Source of the DNA: Octopus vulgaris
Lineage: Eukaryota
Assembly (NCBI GenBank): GCA_951406725.2
Contig: OX597818.1
Coordinates: 57,536,001 to 57,600,000, forward strand
Length of the DNA: 64,000 nucleotides
Reading direction: 5' to 3'
Part shown: positions 39,012 through 53,179 of the stretch, one piece after another
How the letters are laid out: each line of letters starts with the position of its first letter
Position numbering within the stretch: position 1 is the first letter of the stretch
Translations under genes and position numbers: made by a program
Notes under the pieces: model-generated
Database searches by the model: none
Told to the model about the DNA's origin: nothing
The model's input: the letters and a program-made list of their open reading frames with translations, nothing else

Positions 39012-39012
<1 letters not shown>
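38802..39012. mobile_element. Possible degenerate Tc1-type MITE
   Basis: caaaaataacgccctttt versus reverse complement of aaaaggacgttacttctg; embedded in TA repeats. Confidence 0.4.
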
Positions 39013-40099
<1,087 letters not shown>

Positions 40100-41376
40100 T
40101 ATATATATATATATATATATATATACAAGCGACCAGAAGAGACTTAAAGCGAGTGACGTAATGCCAGGCACAGTAACACTCACGCACGCCCACCCATTTA
40201 CTGTATGTATTATATTTGATGAGGATTACATGTACTGTACAGAAAGAAGGTTACTTTGTTTATAGCTTTTGTATAGTATTGCACTCTACCTTGATCAGTC
40301 GTGCAACAATAATAGCAGTGTGTGTAGGTTCGCTGTTTTATTTTTCAGTATAAAAACAAAACATCTTTGTTGTTACAATAATGATTTGATCCACTGTGTT
40401 ATCAAATATTTCATATTCGCGTGTTTAATGGGATAGAAAGACAATGAGTGAATGAATGATGGCTATAAAGACACTCAATATGGTCGAAGAAAAGACATGG
40501 GATAACGATGCATAATGGCATAGATTTTGTATGTAACTACAATTGTTGAGGCATAGAAGATATATGGCGCAATGATATAATTTTCCGTATCAGATTCCCA
40601 GCTAATTTGTTCAGGAAATTGTGCTGCATTAACTTACTTTGAATATGCTATGGATGTTACGGAGGAGTGCATTTTTTTTATAACCAACTCTAAAGAAGGG
40701 GAAATATATATACATCCCTATTATATATATTTTTCTATTAAGGTTATTATACTGTTGTTGTTAAACACAGTTTCCATACTTTTTCATATCCTTTGTTTAA
40801 ATGAATTAGTAATTTAGTATTATAACATTTCTAAGGGACAGCGTCTTGGATGACAAACCATAAAATCTTTATCTGCAATTAAATATAACCGGAATATATT
40901 GCCGAAGTGTCAAAGATCATTAAAACTGTCTCAGATAATAAATAATCTTACCTAATAATGACCTGAAATTTCTAGTGATGTTGATTGACTATTACCAATT
41001 TCTGTTAATTGTTGCCAATAGTTACCCAGTAAATATGTGCATACGTGTTTATATCTACGACGGTCTTTCAGTATATGTTCTAACTATAATTCATCTTAAC
41101 TTTGACAAGAATAAAATGTTTCGAATGGTACCACAATGCTCTATAATACAAACAATGGGCTATATACCTGTTGTATGCCAAACAAAACCGATTATAGCAG
41201 CGACTCCATCAATTCCTAAAGATATATGAGGATGGAATTTTATTCCGAAATATTATCAGACTATGGATGGTTAAATTACAACAGGCATGTAGACCATTGT
41301 TTGTATTATAGTGCATTATGTTATATTATATTATATTATATTATATAATATCATATTATATTCTATTATATTATAT

Positions 41377-41431
<55 letters not shown>

Positions 41432-41743
41432 TATTATAGTGCGTTGTTGTACCATTCAAAACATTTTATTCTTTACAAACAATGCACAATGCTTCAAGCA
41501 AACTACAATACTCTTAACCTTGACGAGGGTATAGAGGTTCCAGAGTTTTGTATATTTAGGTATGTAAGTGATTGAGTGTGCATAGAATTGATAAGCTAGT
41601 GTGTAATTTGTACTGTATTTTATAGTTCGTATGATATCTCATGTACTTTATTATTACAGGTTTTGGATTAATATTGCCAAAACTTTTGGGGGAAACGTAT
41701 TATTTTCGCTTCATTACTGTTCGTGTTTTATTGTTCTTCGAAA

Positions 41744-41872
41744 TCCATGACCTTTTCAGCGACTCTCAATCCCGCGTCTCCTCTTGTTCTGTTTAGTCCA
41801 CTCAGACAGAATGGACTTAAACAGAACAGGAGGAGACACACGGAATGGAAGATCGCTGTGGAGGTCACAGGA
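41744..41872. other. Long imperfect hairpin (pre-miRNA-like)
   Basis: gtctcctcttgttctgtttagtcca / tggacttaaacagaacaggaggagac around an 11-nt loop, with extended basal pairing. Confidence 0.6.
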
Positions 41873-42006
41873 TGTGTGACGAAATATTTTTCAAACAAAG
41901 AACTATAGAACAAGTACAAAAATGAATTTGAAGTGACGAACGAGTATACCGTGTGTATTATTTTCGATATCTTGAACTACATAACTCCTTAAATAAAAAT
42001 AAATAA

Positions 42007-42249
42007 ATGCGCCCTTTTAAAGCCTAGCCAGTCTCATGGGCCCGGTTTCCCGGTGTCAATGGCATATGTATTCCCCAGCTGGACGGGTCGCCAGTCCATC
42101 ACAGCGTTACTCACTTTTGCTAGCTGAGTGGATTGGAGCAACGTGAAATGAAGTGTTTTGCTCAAGAACACAACGCGTCGCTCGGTCCAGGAATCGAACC
42201 CACAATCTTACGATCACGATGCTGACACCCTAACCACTAAGCCTCCACA
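42007..42249 (-). mobile_element. SINE: tRNA head, CORE-like body, V-like tail
   Basis: gtgttcttgagcaaaacacttcatttcacgttgctccaatccactcagct then ctgtgatggactggcgacccgtccag; TSD ACATAACTCCTTA. Confidence 0.88.
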
Positions 42250-42544
42250 CATAACTCCTTAGACTTGAGTAAATCTGATAGTATAAAAATTACTTCATAC
42301 TGAGATGTAAAAAGACACATTTGCAAAGTACGGTCAAAAGATACTGGTCCTACGTTGCGCGACTATAGGCTTAAATTGATCAATCATTTATTGACTCGGA
42401 ACTTTTTATATTCTCATTGGTACGTTACTTCACAATCTAAAATAATATGAAGGGCGTTACTTTAGCTTACATCATCAATATACATTCCTGCTTTAAATAT
42501 TAGCAAATCATTCTTGATTACATGACAATAATATCCTTTACTTT

Positions 42545-43336
42545 TCTACTCTAGGCACAAGGCCTGAAATATTAGATCTACTCCACTACGCAACTGGTAC
42601 TTAATTTATCGAACACGAAATGATGAAAGGCAAAGTCGACTTTAGCGGAATTTGAACTCAGAACATAAAGACAGAAGATGCCGCTAAGCATCTCTCCCGG
42701 CGTAATAACGTTTCCGCCAGATCGCCGCCTTACATAATATTCTTTTCTTTTCTACTCTAGATGCAAGACCCATAATATTTAGGGAGGGGGCCAGACGATT
42801 AGATCTATACCAGTACAAAACTGATACTTAATTTGTTGACCCCGAAAGAATGAAAGACAAAGTCGACATCGGCGGAATTTGAACTCAGAACATAACATGA
42901 AATACTGCTAAGCATTTCAACCGGCGTGCTTACGTTTCTTATTTCTTTATTGCCCACAAGGGGCTAAACATAGAGGGGACAAACAAGGACAGACAAAGGG
43001 ATTAAATCGATTACATCGACCCCAGCGCGTAACTGGTACTTAATTTATCGACCCCAAAAGGATGAAAGGCAAAGTCGACCTCGGTGGAATTTGAACTCAG
43101 AACGTAACGGCAGACGAAATACCTATTTCTTTATTACCCACAAGGGGCTGAACATAGAGGGGACAAACATGGACAGACATAGGTATTAAGTCGATTATAT
43201 CGACCCCAGTGCGTAACTGGTACTTAATTTGTCGACCCCAAAAGGATGAAAGGCAAAGTCGACCTGGGCGGAATTTGAACTCAGAACGTAACGGTAGACG
43301 AAATACTGCTAAGTATTTCGCCCGGCGTGCTAATGT
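42545..43336 (-). mobile_element. Cluster and tandem array of SINE family B (tail 1 and tail 2 copies)
   Basis: Four cores gaaaggcaaagtcgac; junction cagacgaaatacc|tatttc. Confidence 0.9.
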
Positions 43337-43629
43337 TTCTGCCAGCTCGCCGCCTCACATAATGATATTATGATGGCAAGGATGATGATGACGATGATGA
43401 TGATGATAATGAAAGAAGTAGAAAATGAAGATAAGAAAGCAGAGGTTGCAGACTTTTTTAATTTGCCAAGATTAGTTTTGTCTGTGAATAGGTTTCTTTA
43501 ATCGCGGCCTATATTGGTTCCCATAGCAACTGTAAACGTATATCGCTGCTCTTTATTCGATTATCACGAGTGTAGGGTAATTGTTACATGATTCGAAGCT
43601 TAATATGAGTGATTCAATTTTTTATCGTC

Positions 43630-44289
43630 AACTTGTTTCAGTCATTAGATTATGGCCATGCTGGAGCACATCGTTGAAGAATTCCAATCGAACGAATCAA
43701 CCACGGGGATGAGATTTTTAAGCCTAGTATTTAGTCTACCGCTCTCTTTTGCCGAACCGCTGTGTTACAGGAGCATCATCACACCAACATCCATTGCCAT
43801 GAGTTGGTGGTGGTGGGGGGGACAAATACGGACACAAAGGCACACTCACAGACACCCACATGCACATAGTCTCCCTCTCTCTCTGTCATACACAATCACA
43901 CACACACATATGCACACATATATATGTGTGTGTGTGTATGTATACATATATATATATATTTTTTTACTACTCATAAGGAGTCGACCTCGGCGGAATTTGA
44001 ACTCAGAACGTAACGACAGACGAAATACCTATTTCTTCACTATCCACAAGGGGCCAAACACAGAGGGGAGAAACAAGGACAGACAAATGGATTAAGTCGA
44101 TTACATCGACCCCAGTGCGTAACTGGTACTTAATTTATCGACCCTGAAAGGATGAAAGGCAAAGTCGACCTCGGCGGAATTTGAACTCAGAACGTAACGG
44201 CAGACGAAATACCGCTAAGCATTTCGCCCAGCGTGCTAACGTTTCTGTCAGCTCACCGCCTTATGTGTATGTATACATATATATACGCG

Positions 44290-44326
<37 letters not shown>

Positions 44327-44478
44327 CATGTATGCACATATATACACGATGTTCTTCTTTCATCTTCCGTCTACCAAATCGACTTACAAGTCTTTGGTCA
44401 GCTCGAAACTACAGTGGCACCGACACAGAAATAATATGGTTACAAAGCGAAGTTTCCCCCCACACAGCCACGCCTACT
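43630..44478 (-). mobile_element. Old SINE family A split by a SINE B insertion in its internal microsatellite
   Basis: Tail half at 43630-43860, head half at 44345-44478. Confidence 0.7.
43975..44262 (-). mobile_element. SINE family B plus partial tandem unit
   Basis: Full head at 44262; junction gacgaaatacc|tatttc at ~44030. Confidence 0.88.
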
Positions 44479-45064
44479 GTCATTTTTCAGTTGTTTTTCA
44501 ACAATTTTTACAATCCTATATAATTCGAAATATAAAAGTGAATAATTTTATGATCTTTCTTACAGAAAAAAAAATAATAATAATGAAATTTCTATTGATC
44601 CACAGAGACTGTAATGCCGTCGCCTCAGCTTTAAGACGCTCCAGTGTTTCAGATCAAACAAGGTCACACACATAACATTCCACTCGGTGGAGATGACATT
44701 TGTATCATCATTTTTACGCTATAAGAATTCTATCTTCTGTTTTGAAATAAACAATAAAGAAATAACCAATAATTGAAAGGTTGGTAAGTATAAACCCCTA
44801 GGTATTACACGTTAGCTGAAGATTCCTGTGAAGATTAAACACAATTTAGATATTTACCTTGTAAAATGTATCGGGTGAAATATCATGGTTTAAAACATTA
44901 ACGAAAATAGTGTGATCAATATTAAAATTAAAATAGGGATGACAAATTTATCGTTGCTTTCGAAAAACTGTACAAAATATCAACTTACCTGGGAATGATT
45001 ACCTAATTAGCATTCAAAATAAACTTTACACGCTTACACACACATACATACACGCATATACTCG

Positions 45065-45475
45065 TACTCTTTACACTTTTAAATCGTTTCAGTCATTTGA
45101 CTGTGGCCATGCTGGAGCACCGCCTTTAGTCCAGCAAATCGAACCCCGGGCTTATTCGTCGTAAGCCTAGTACTTATCGGTCACTTTTGCCGAACCGCTA
45201 AATTACGGGGACGTAAACACACCAGCATCGGTTATCAAGCGATGTTGCGAGGGGGGACAAACAGAGACACGCAAACACATACACACACATACACATATAT
45301 ATACATATATACGATGGGCTCCTTTCAGTTTCCGTCTACCAAATCCACTCACGAGGATTTGGTCGGCCCGAGGCTATAGTAGAAGACACTTGCCCTAGGT
45401 GCAATGCAGTGGGACTGAACCCGGAATCTTGTAGTACATAAGGAAGCTACTTACCACACAGCCTCTCCTACACCT
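45065..45475 (-). mobile_element. SINE family A
   Basis: Full-length reverse-complement match. Confidence 0.9.
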
Positions 45476-45540
45476 ATATATATATATATATATATATATA
45501 CCACCTAGAAAATGTTACTAGTTTATATATATATATATAT

Positions 45541-46640
45541 AAGTTCAGCAAAAATTTAGATTCAAATGAATATGGTACTTAATTTAGATGCACCAGAATT
45601 CTGTGTGGTGTTATCCATATAAATCCGTGGGGTGATTATAATCAAAATAAGCAACAAGAATGACTCCGGTAATTTGGTACGATCGTTTCGTACTACATCA
45701 TTTTATTAAATGTTGTAAGTATTAGAACAGTTTTAAAATGCTGAGCACTCATCAGCCAATTATAGAGGTTTTCCATTAATACAAAAATTTTCATATCAAG
45801 TGGCAACATTATAGAGAAGGCAGACACACAGACAAAGATGTGGATTTAAACTCTAAGAACATCTGAGGTAGTGGAGTTTATCAACTGACTGACTAAGATT
45901 CAGTTGTTCCAGACTACTGTAAGGTTCTGATAGGGAAGAACAAATGAAAGGAGACAATAAAGATTTTCTATTTATAGAAATGGGGTAAAGGGGATGTCAG
46001 AGCTCAATATAAAGGAATTTATGTAGAAAACTGTAGACTGTCCTTGTGCTAAATTGCAAACCGACTGAATTGTACAAATATCAGTTTACTTCTGTCGTCA
46101 ACATATATTTCTTTGGAATGGTTTCTACCATTCATATTGTATTTTTCGGAGAGTTATGAATCGGTGTTCGCCCTCACGGTGGAACCAAGAAAAGGTTCTG
46201 GAACCATCTTAAGCTTGTCCTCAACTCCTGCAAAATTGAACCGTTACAACTTGAAAACTTTGCTAGAACCGGCAAACCTAGCCCTCCCTCTGCGACGAAG
46301 GAGCTTCACACCTTGAACCAATCCGAAGTGAGATTGGTGAGGAAAAGAAACGTCAACGCCATCTTAAACTCACCAACAATATAATGGGAAACTCTGAGGA
46401 TCATTTCAGGATCGGACAGTTTTCACATCTATCAACTCACAAAATGTAGGATAAGACTCCTAAATGGCAACAAGAACTGACAGCTGTAACAAAATAACCC
46501 CTTGTATTTCCACTGTGTTCATTGAGATCACATCGCTTGTCTATACAAATAGAGCTCCTCTGTTTCGCAGCGAAAACAATGTACCCTAAAAAATTAAATG
46601 TGCGCAGCCATATGCTTTAGAGATGCAAGAGAGGATGGAA
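45541..46640 (-). mobile_element. Probable Penelope-like 3' remnant
   Basis: Contains hammerhead 45674-45759 and ends at (TA)n; weak LSVLVAI.ESYPTFC resembles PLE endonuclease C-terminus. Confidence 0.4.
45674..45759 (-). ncRNA. Type I hammerhead ribozyme, canonical core
   Basis: ttgg-CUGAUGA-gtgct...agtac-GAAA-C gatc G-UA-ccaa; G10.1-C11.1 intact; palindrome ACGATCGT. Confidence 0.82.
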
Positions 46641-46899
46641 GGTGAATGTGATACGAAAGATTTCCAGGTGGTAGTCGTTTACTCGGACAACGAGCATTGA
46701 TGCATTGATGCTGATGATAGGCTCCGTAATGTGGCGAAAACATCGACCGCAATATTCAACTGGTACTCAATTCACCCACATCGAAATGGGCTGAAAGACA
46801 GAGGCAGACCCGGTGAAATGTAAATTCAGAAAGTAAAGGTGACAATGATAATACTATTGATAATATTGATGATGATGAGGATGATGACAAGACTAAAAT

Positions 46900-46901
46900 A
46901 G

Positions 46902-46932
<31 letters not shown>

Positions 46933-46933
46933 G

Positions 46934-46985
<52 letters not shown>

Positions 46986-47010
46986 TGATGATGATGATGA
47001 TGATGATGAT
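46900..47010. repeat. (AAT)n/(GAT)n microsatellite
   Basis: Direct reading. Confidence 0.95.
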
Positions 47011-47029
47011 GCTAAAATAAATAAAAAAC

Positions 47030-47128
47030 TAAATATATGGCACAGAACTTCCAACCTGTTGTCTCTTGAGGTCTCTGGGTGAGACTTGGAGCCAACTTGT
47101 AGAGACATAAAGCAAAAGTCAAACAGAA
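47030..47128 (+). mobile_element. 3' UTR fragment of the R4/Dong-like element
   Basis: gaacttccaacctgttgtctcttgag...gccaacttgta...aaagcaaaagtcaaaca matches 29196-29266. Confidence 0.75.
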
Positions 47129-47138
47129 TAATAATAAT

Positions 47139-47569
47139 CATAGATTTGCTTTCCAGTTGTTTGATCTTAACCAGTTGAGCATGTCCCTTAGTGGCTGACG
47201 ATATGTGCATCTCTGATCACGAGCAGAAGTAGTGGGGTGGGAGCATCATAGCCATGTGTTGAGAAGGATCTTTGGTGTTTGAATAATTCACTTCTGGAAA
47301 CATGGGAGTCTCGTTCAACATCCTTAAACAGCCATTATTCAGGGACCGTTTAAGCGGTATGGGTTACTCGACCTGAAGAAAGTTCTAACTGGCCCCATCT
47401 GCAAGGTCATGCGCTGTTTATCTTGATATGAGATCACCATGTCGCGCACATATTGTTGCGATGCATGTGCCTGGTGTACCCTTATGAGACGGGTAGTCAT
47501 TATGGGTATACTGGGCTTCGTATATTTTTCACCAGTGTTACTTTGATGGCATGCACTGCTCTTTCACTC
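47139..47569 (+). mobile_element. Second copy of 440-bp (AAT)n-associated repeat
   Basis: Colinear with 28435-28855. Confidence 0.8.
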
Positions 47570-47607
47570 AATACTACTAATAATAATAATGATAATGATA
47601 ATAATAA

Positions 47608-47817
47608 TCCTTTATACTAAAGGTACGAGGCCTGAAATACAGTGGGAGGGGTCAAGTCGATTACATCAACCCCAGTGTTACACTGGTTCTTTATCGATCC
47701 CAAAAGTATGAAAGGCAAAGTTGACCTCGGCGGAATTTGAACTCAGAACATACGGCAGACGAAATATGGCTATGCACTTCGCCCGGCGTGCTAACGTTTC
47801 TGCCAGCTCGTCGCCTT
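47608..47817 (-). mobile_element. SINE family B (tail 2)
   Basis: Head, core and tail-2 motifs. Confidence 0.88.
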
Positions 47818-47937
47818 CAGAGAATAAAATACCAGTCAGGTATTTAGACGATGTGAACGTGGACACTACCAGGCTTCACAATTGCTGGTATTATGCTTGG
47901 AATATAATTAATTAACTACATTATGATATTAATTAGA

Positions 47938-48162
47938 TTTTTATTGCCCACAAGGGGCTAGACATAGAAGGGAGAAACAAGAACAGAGAAAGGGATTAAG
48001 TCGATTATATCGACCTCAGTGCGTAACTGGTACTTCACTCCGAAAGGATGAAAGGCAAAGTCGACCTTGGAGGTATTTGACCTGAACTCAGAATGTAACG
48101 GCAGACGAAATACCACTAAGCATTTCGCCCGGCGTGCTAACGATTCTGCCAACTCGCTGCCT
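47938..48162 (-). mobile_element. SINE family B (tail 1)
   Basis: Full-length match. Confidence 0.9.
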
Positions 48163-49016
48163 TTGAGTTGCATAATATCCTCCTCTCCCTGGGCAAGGTC
48201 ATCATATCTCTCGCTTTTTTCAATCATTTTGTTATCCGCTCCTCTAAGATTTGCGACTGAGAAGTCAACGTTCTTATATTTTTTTCTCATTTTCTACCCT
48301 TTATTCTGTCCAGGATCATACCCATCCTTTTTGATGCAATAATACGGTCGGCCAATACACAAATTGTTTAAAATCTGGAGATTATAATTCACTCCGGCAG
48401 CCTTTGGTTTTTGGTCACACGATTCCACCACTTTCGCTTCGAATCTATAAAACTTAAATAACATCCAGGTTCTGTTTTATTGACGCAATCAACTTGACAT
48501 AGATTACGTTCAAGATTCCCACCTCACACAGGTAATACTTCATCTTGCTCACATTCTGCACGTTCATTTTATTTCGCGTTCCTCCATTTTTTGTTCTAAC
48601 GTTGTTTCCTGATTGGTTCAAATCACCGATTCAGTTCCATGCGTGTTTCATGCTTCCATTTGTCAATCATAAGTAGCATTCTTCATTTTCGGTTTATTGA
48701 AGGTAATCGCCTTATAAGTTTACCTCTCCCAAGCTATTTATCCTGTCGTTCTCGTTTCTGTTCTGGAATTCTAACGCTGCTCTAATGACAGTTTTAATAC
48801 TTTTGGCTTCATATAATATTAAAACTTTTCTATTCTCAATGTAGTTTCCACAGCCAAAATCACATAAGTGATGTTGGTTCTCTACATTTAAGAAAACATT
48901 TCCCCTTTCTCTTGTCAACAGTATCTTGCTGATATTTCTTTAAGTGGGAAGAACATATTATTATTATTATAATTGTTACTCTTATTGTTATTATTATTAT
49001 TATTATTATTAATGCC

Positions 49017-49064
<48 letters not shown>

Positions 49065-49066
<2 letters not shown>

Positions 49067-49278
49067 ATTCAGTAGTTTTATTTTTATAGCGTGCTTTCAC
49101 TTCACTACCGAGCGCAGCTCTGTGTGCCTTAGGTATGTGCTGTGATTTGTTGTGATGCTCTGATGGTTATTGTATGGAAAGTGTTCTGCGTAGGATGTGT
49201 GCAGTGCCTAGTAGTGCAATTTTCTGTATGTTATATGTGTTTGTAAGTCCTGGTGTTTTTGTTATGTTTTTGTCTGAA
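49065..49278 (-). mobile_element. R4/Dong-like non-LTR 3' fragment in (TAA)n
   Basis: TPGLTNTYNIQKIALLGTAHILRRTLSIQ* is the R4-clade RLE C-terminus; (TAT)n on both sides (48958-49063, 49279-49377). Confidence 0.85.
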
Positions 49279-49368
<90 letters not shown>

Positions 49369-49378
49369 CATCATTATA

Positions 49379-49606
49379 AGGCGAGCTGGCAGAAACGTTA
49401 GCAGGCCGGGCGAAATGCGTAGCCGTATTTCGTCTGCCGTTACGTTCTGAGTTCAAATTGCCGCCGAGGTCATCTTTGCCTTTTATCCTTTCGGGGTCGA
49501 TAAATTAAGTACCAGTTACGCACTGGGGTCGATATAATCGACTTAATCCGTTTGTCTGTTCTTGTTTGTCCCCTCTATGTTTAGTCCCTTGTGGATAATA
49601 AAGAAA
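49379..49606 (+). mobile_element. SINE family B
   Basis: Full-length match. Confidence 0.92.
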
Positions 49607-49709
49607 AAGATATTACGCAACTCAAAAATAAAATACACTTGTGCGGTAAAGATGCAATCTGCACAACTCCGAAAACTCTACTGAAAAGTGGTGGAAAATG
49701 GAAACGATC

Positions 49710-50095
49710 TACATGGTTCCGGGTTCAGTCCCACTGCGTGGCCTCTTTGGCTAATGTTGTCTACTATAGTCTCGGGCCGACCAAAGCCTTGTGAGTGGAT
49801 TTGGTAGACGGAAACTGTAAGTAGCCCGTCGTATATATGTGTATGTATGTATGTATGTATGTATGTATATATGTTTATGTGTCTGTGTTTGCCTCCCCCC
49901 CAACATCGCTTGACAACCGATGCTGGTGTGTTTACGTCCCCGTAACTTAGAGGTTGGACAAAAGATATCGATAGAATAAGTACTGGGCTTACAAAGAATA
50001 TGTCCTGGGGTCGATTTGCTCGACTAAAGGCGGTGCTCCAGCATGGCCACAGTGAAATGACTGAAACAAGTAAAAGAGTAATGAGAGTAAGAGTA
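49710..50095 (+). mobile_element. SINE family A, 5'-truncated
   Basis: Starts at acatggttccgggttcagtccc. Confidence 0.9.
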
Positions 50096-50352
50096 AACGT
50101 TTCCTTCTATTCTGCAAGGACACTAAAAATGATTTGCGAGGACTGAGGCTAAGGTTTCAATCCTTTTAGAATCAATAAAAGAAGTACAGTTGAGCACTGG
50201 AGTCGATTTTATCGATTTACCCCATCCTCGAAAAGTGCTAGACATGTCCCCTAATTTGAAATCAATATGTGATGGTTTCTACAGCGGGCGAATCATACAA
50301 AAGTTACATTGCGGTATTGAAAAATATGCACTGACAAACATAATTCAAGGAA

Positions 50353-50762
50353 GGCGGCGAGTTGGTAGAATCGTTAGCACACTGGGCGAAGTGCTCAGCG
50401 GTATTTCGTCTGCGTTACGTTGTGAGTTCAAATTCCGCCGAGGTCGACTTTGCCTTTCATCCTTTCGGGGTCGATAAATTAAGTACCAGTTACGCACTGG
50501 GGTCGATGTAATCGACTTAATACCTATGTCTGTCCTTGTTTGTCCCCTCTGTGTTTAGCCCTTATGGGTAATAAAGAAATAGGTATTTCGTCTGCTGTTA
50601 CTTTCTGAGTTCCAATTCCGCCAGGTCGACTTTGCATTTCATCCTTTCGGGGTCGATAAATTAAATACCAGTTACGCTCTGGAGTCGATATAATCGACGT
50701 AATCCGTTTTTCTGTCCTTTTTGTCCTATCTGTGTTTAGCCCCTTGTGGACAATTGAGAAAT
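50353..50762 (+). mobile_element. SINE family B tandem dimer
   Basis: Junction gaaata|ggtatttcgtctg at ~50581. Confidence 0.9.
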
Positions 50763-50904
50763 AACAAACATAACTCAAGAACCGAATAGAAGATGTATAT
50801 ACTAGATATTACTGTTGTAATCATGGCATCAGCATTTTATCTTCGACCATTCGACTATGAAAACACTCATCCACATTAATAAAATGTATATTTCTTTTTT
50901 CATT

Positions 50905-51210
50905 TATGCGCCCTTTTCAAGCCTAGCCAGGCTCATGGGCCCGGTTTCCCGGTTTCTGTGGCATATGTGTTCCCCACAGCTGGACGGGACGCCAGTGTAC
51001 CACAGCATTACTCATAAGCAGGAAGAAAGAGCTAGAGAAAGTTGGGGCGACAGAGTACAACAAGGGTCGACACAACCCTTTGCCGGAGCCTCGTGGAGTT
51101 TTTAGGTGTTTTCGCTCAATAAACATACAAAACACCCGGTCTGGGAATCGAAACCGCGATCCTCCGACAGCGAGTCCGCTGCCCTAACCACTGAGCCATT
51201 GCGCCTCCAC
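50905..51210 (-). mobile_element. SINE family C (non-CORE body, V-like tail)
   Basis: Head as 30348 copy, tail as 42007 copy. Confidence 0.9.
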
Positions 51211-51315
51211 AATAAAATGCATACATCGCAGGAGAGAGAGTGATTCACGTGACATAGTGTTTATTTGACCAACTGCTAGTTCATTATATGTGTGTGTGTA
51301 TGCGTGGGTGCGTGT

Positions 51316-51346
<31 letters not shown>

Positions 51347-51829
51347 CAGCAGCAGCGTTGGTGCTGGCGTTGCATTTTTTGTCTTTCGAAATTGGTGAAG
51401 TGTTGTAAATCTGATCAAACAACGTAGCTACACAAAATTCCGGTAAAATTATTTTTGTTGTTTAGCCCGAAGTAAACAGTGACTGAAAAAAACCAATGAT
51501 CAAAGGATTTCACAAACATTCCTGGTTTTCTTCTGTTCAGTCATTGGAATTTTCACTGCATTATCTAATTCGATCTTTCTTTGTTGAGTGAATAATGTTT
51601 GATTACTACGCGATATATTAGGCTATTTCCAGGAAGTTGGAACTTTGTTTAGTCTCGCTTTTCCTTTTTGTTTCGGTAAAGTAAGATAATGTAACCTTGC
51701 TTTAATATTATTGGGTAGTTTAACTCAGCTAACCTAGCACCGGAATTGTTTACGCTTGTTATCTCAAGAAACTAAGGAACTGATTTCGAGCAAACCGAAC
51801 ATCATTCATTGAATTATTATCATAACATA

Positions 51830-52232
51830 AGGCGGCGAGCTGGCAGAAACGTTAGCACACGGGACGAATTGCTTAGCGGTATTTCGTCTGCCGCTACGTT
51901 CTGAGTTCAAATTCCGCCAGGTCGACTTTGCCTTTCATCCTTTCGGGGTCAATGAAATAAGTACCAGTTACGCACTGGGGTCGATGTAATCGACTTAATC
52001 CGTTTGTCTGTCCTTGTTTCTCCTCTCTGTGTTTAGCCCATTGTGTGCAGTAATGACATAGGTATTTCGTCTGCCGCTATGTTCGAATTCCGCCGAGGCA
52101 AACTTTGCCTTTCATCCATTCGGGGTCGACTAAATAAGTACCAGTTACGCACTGGGGTCGATATAATCGACTTAATCCCTTTTTCTGTTCTTGTTTCTCC
52201 CTTCTATGTCTAACCCCTTGTGGGCAATAAAA
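51830..52232 (+). mobile_element. SINE family B tandem dimer
   Basis: Junction cata|ggtatttcgtctg at ~52061. Confidence 0.9.
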
Positions 52233-52353
52233 ATCTAATTAATATCATAACGTACTTAATTAATTCTATTCCAAGCATAATACCAGCAATTGTGAAGCGT
52301 GGAAGTGTCCACGTTCACATCGTCTAAATACCTGACTGGTATTTTATTCCTTG

Positions 52354-52586
52354 AAGGCGGCGAGCTGGCAGAAACGTTAGCACGCCGGGCGAAATGCGTA
52401 GCCGTATTTCGTCTGCCGCTATGTTCTAAGTTCAAATTCCGTCGAGGTCGACTTTGCCTTTCATCATTTCGGGGTTGATAAATTAAGTACCAGTTACGCA
52501 CTGTGGTCGATATAGTCGACGTAATCCCTTTGTCTGTCCTTGTTTGTTCTCTCTGTGTTTAGCCCCTTCTGGGTAATAAAGAAGCA
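52354..52586 (+). mobile_element. SINE family B with 12-bp TSD
   Basis: TSD GGTATTTTATTC at 52338-52349 and 52587-52598. Confidence 0.92.
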
Positions 52587-52881
52587 GGTATTTTATTCTC
52601 TCGAGTTTGGACGGATGAACATTAAAGTTTACCACGGCAGTTATTCAATTCATTATTTCGTCAATAATACCAAATCCTACCCCTAAGTTTACCGTCACGA
52701 TAATTTCATTTGATGAATATTTCACGACTCATTTGCGGAAACCCAGGGCTTTATCCTCCTATTTTGCTGCTGTTTTTATTCAATACCCGATCTGCACCTG
52801 TCGATTTGTCTTGTAGTCTATAGAGTTGTAGTTATGAACAGAACATTTATGTATTAATATCATAAATTGTTTTGACTATTA

Positions 52882-53179
52882 TCTTTATATATAAAAGTGA
52901 AGTTGTGTGTCTGTCTCCTACGGTTTAGATTCCTAACTACTCCCACATTTTGCGGTGCAGTTTAACCAAAAACGGGTATCTTATAGTCGTGATTCATAAC
53001 GAGCCCTTCTGGGTATTAGCGCGCGTCTACGATGAGTCTACGATTTAAAAAAAAATTAACATAATTTTTTTCCATTTTTAATGCATTTTTTGGCTATTAG
53101 ATAAGGGAAGTAACTCTCTAAAAATGCTTATATAGTCATTTCCCTTACAAACCCGAGCAACGCCGGGCGATAGTGCTAG
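52882..53179 (+). mobile_element. Non-autonomous Helitron (short variant)
   Basis: A|TCTTTATATATAAAAG start, hairpin, CTAG|T end; lacks one internal repeat unit. Confidence 0.9.

Noticed and set aside
48170-48950. Possible L1/Tx1 remnant
   Set aside because: No diagnostic motif identified
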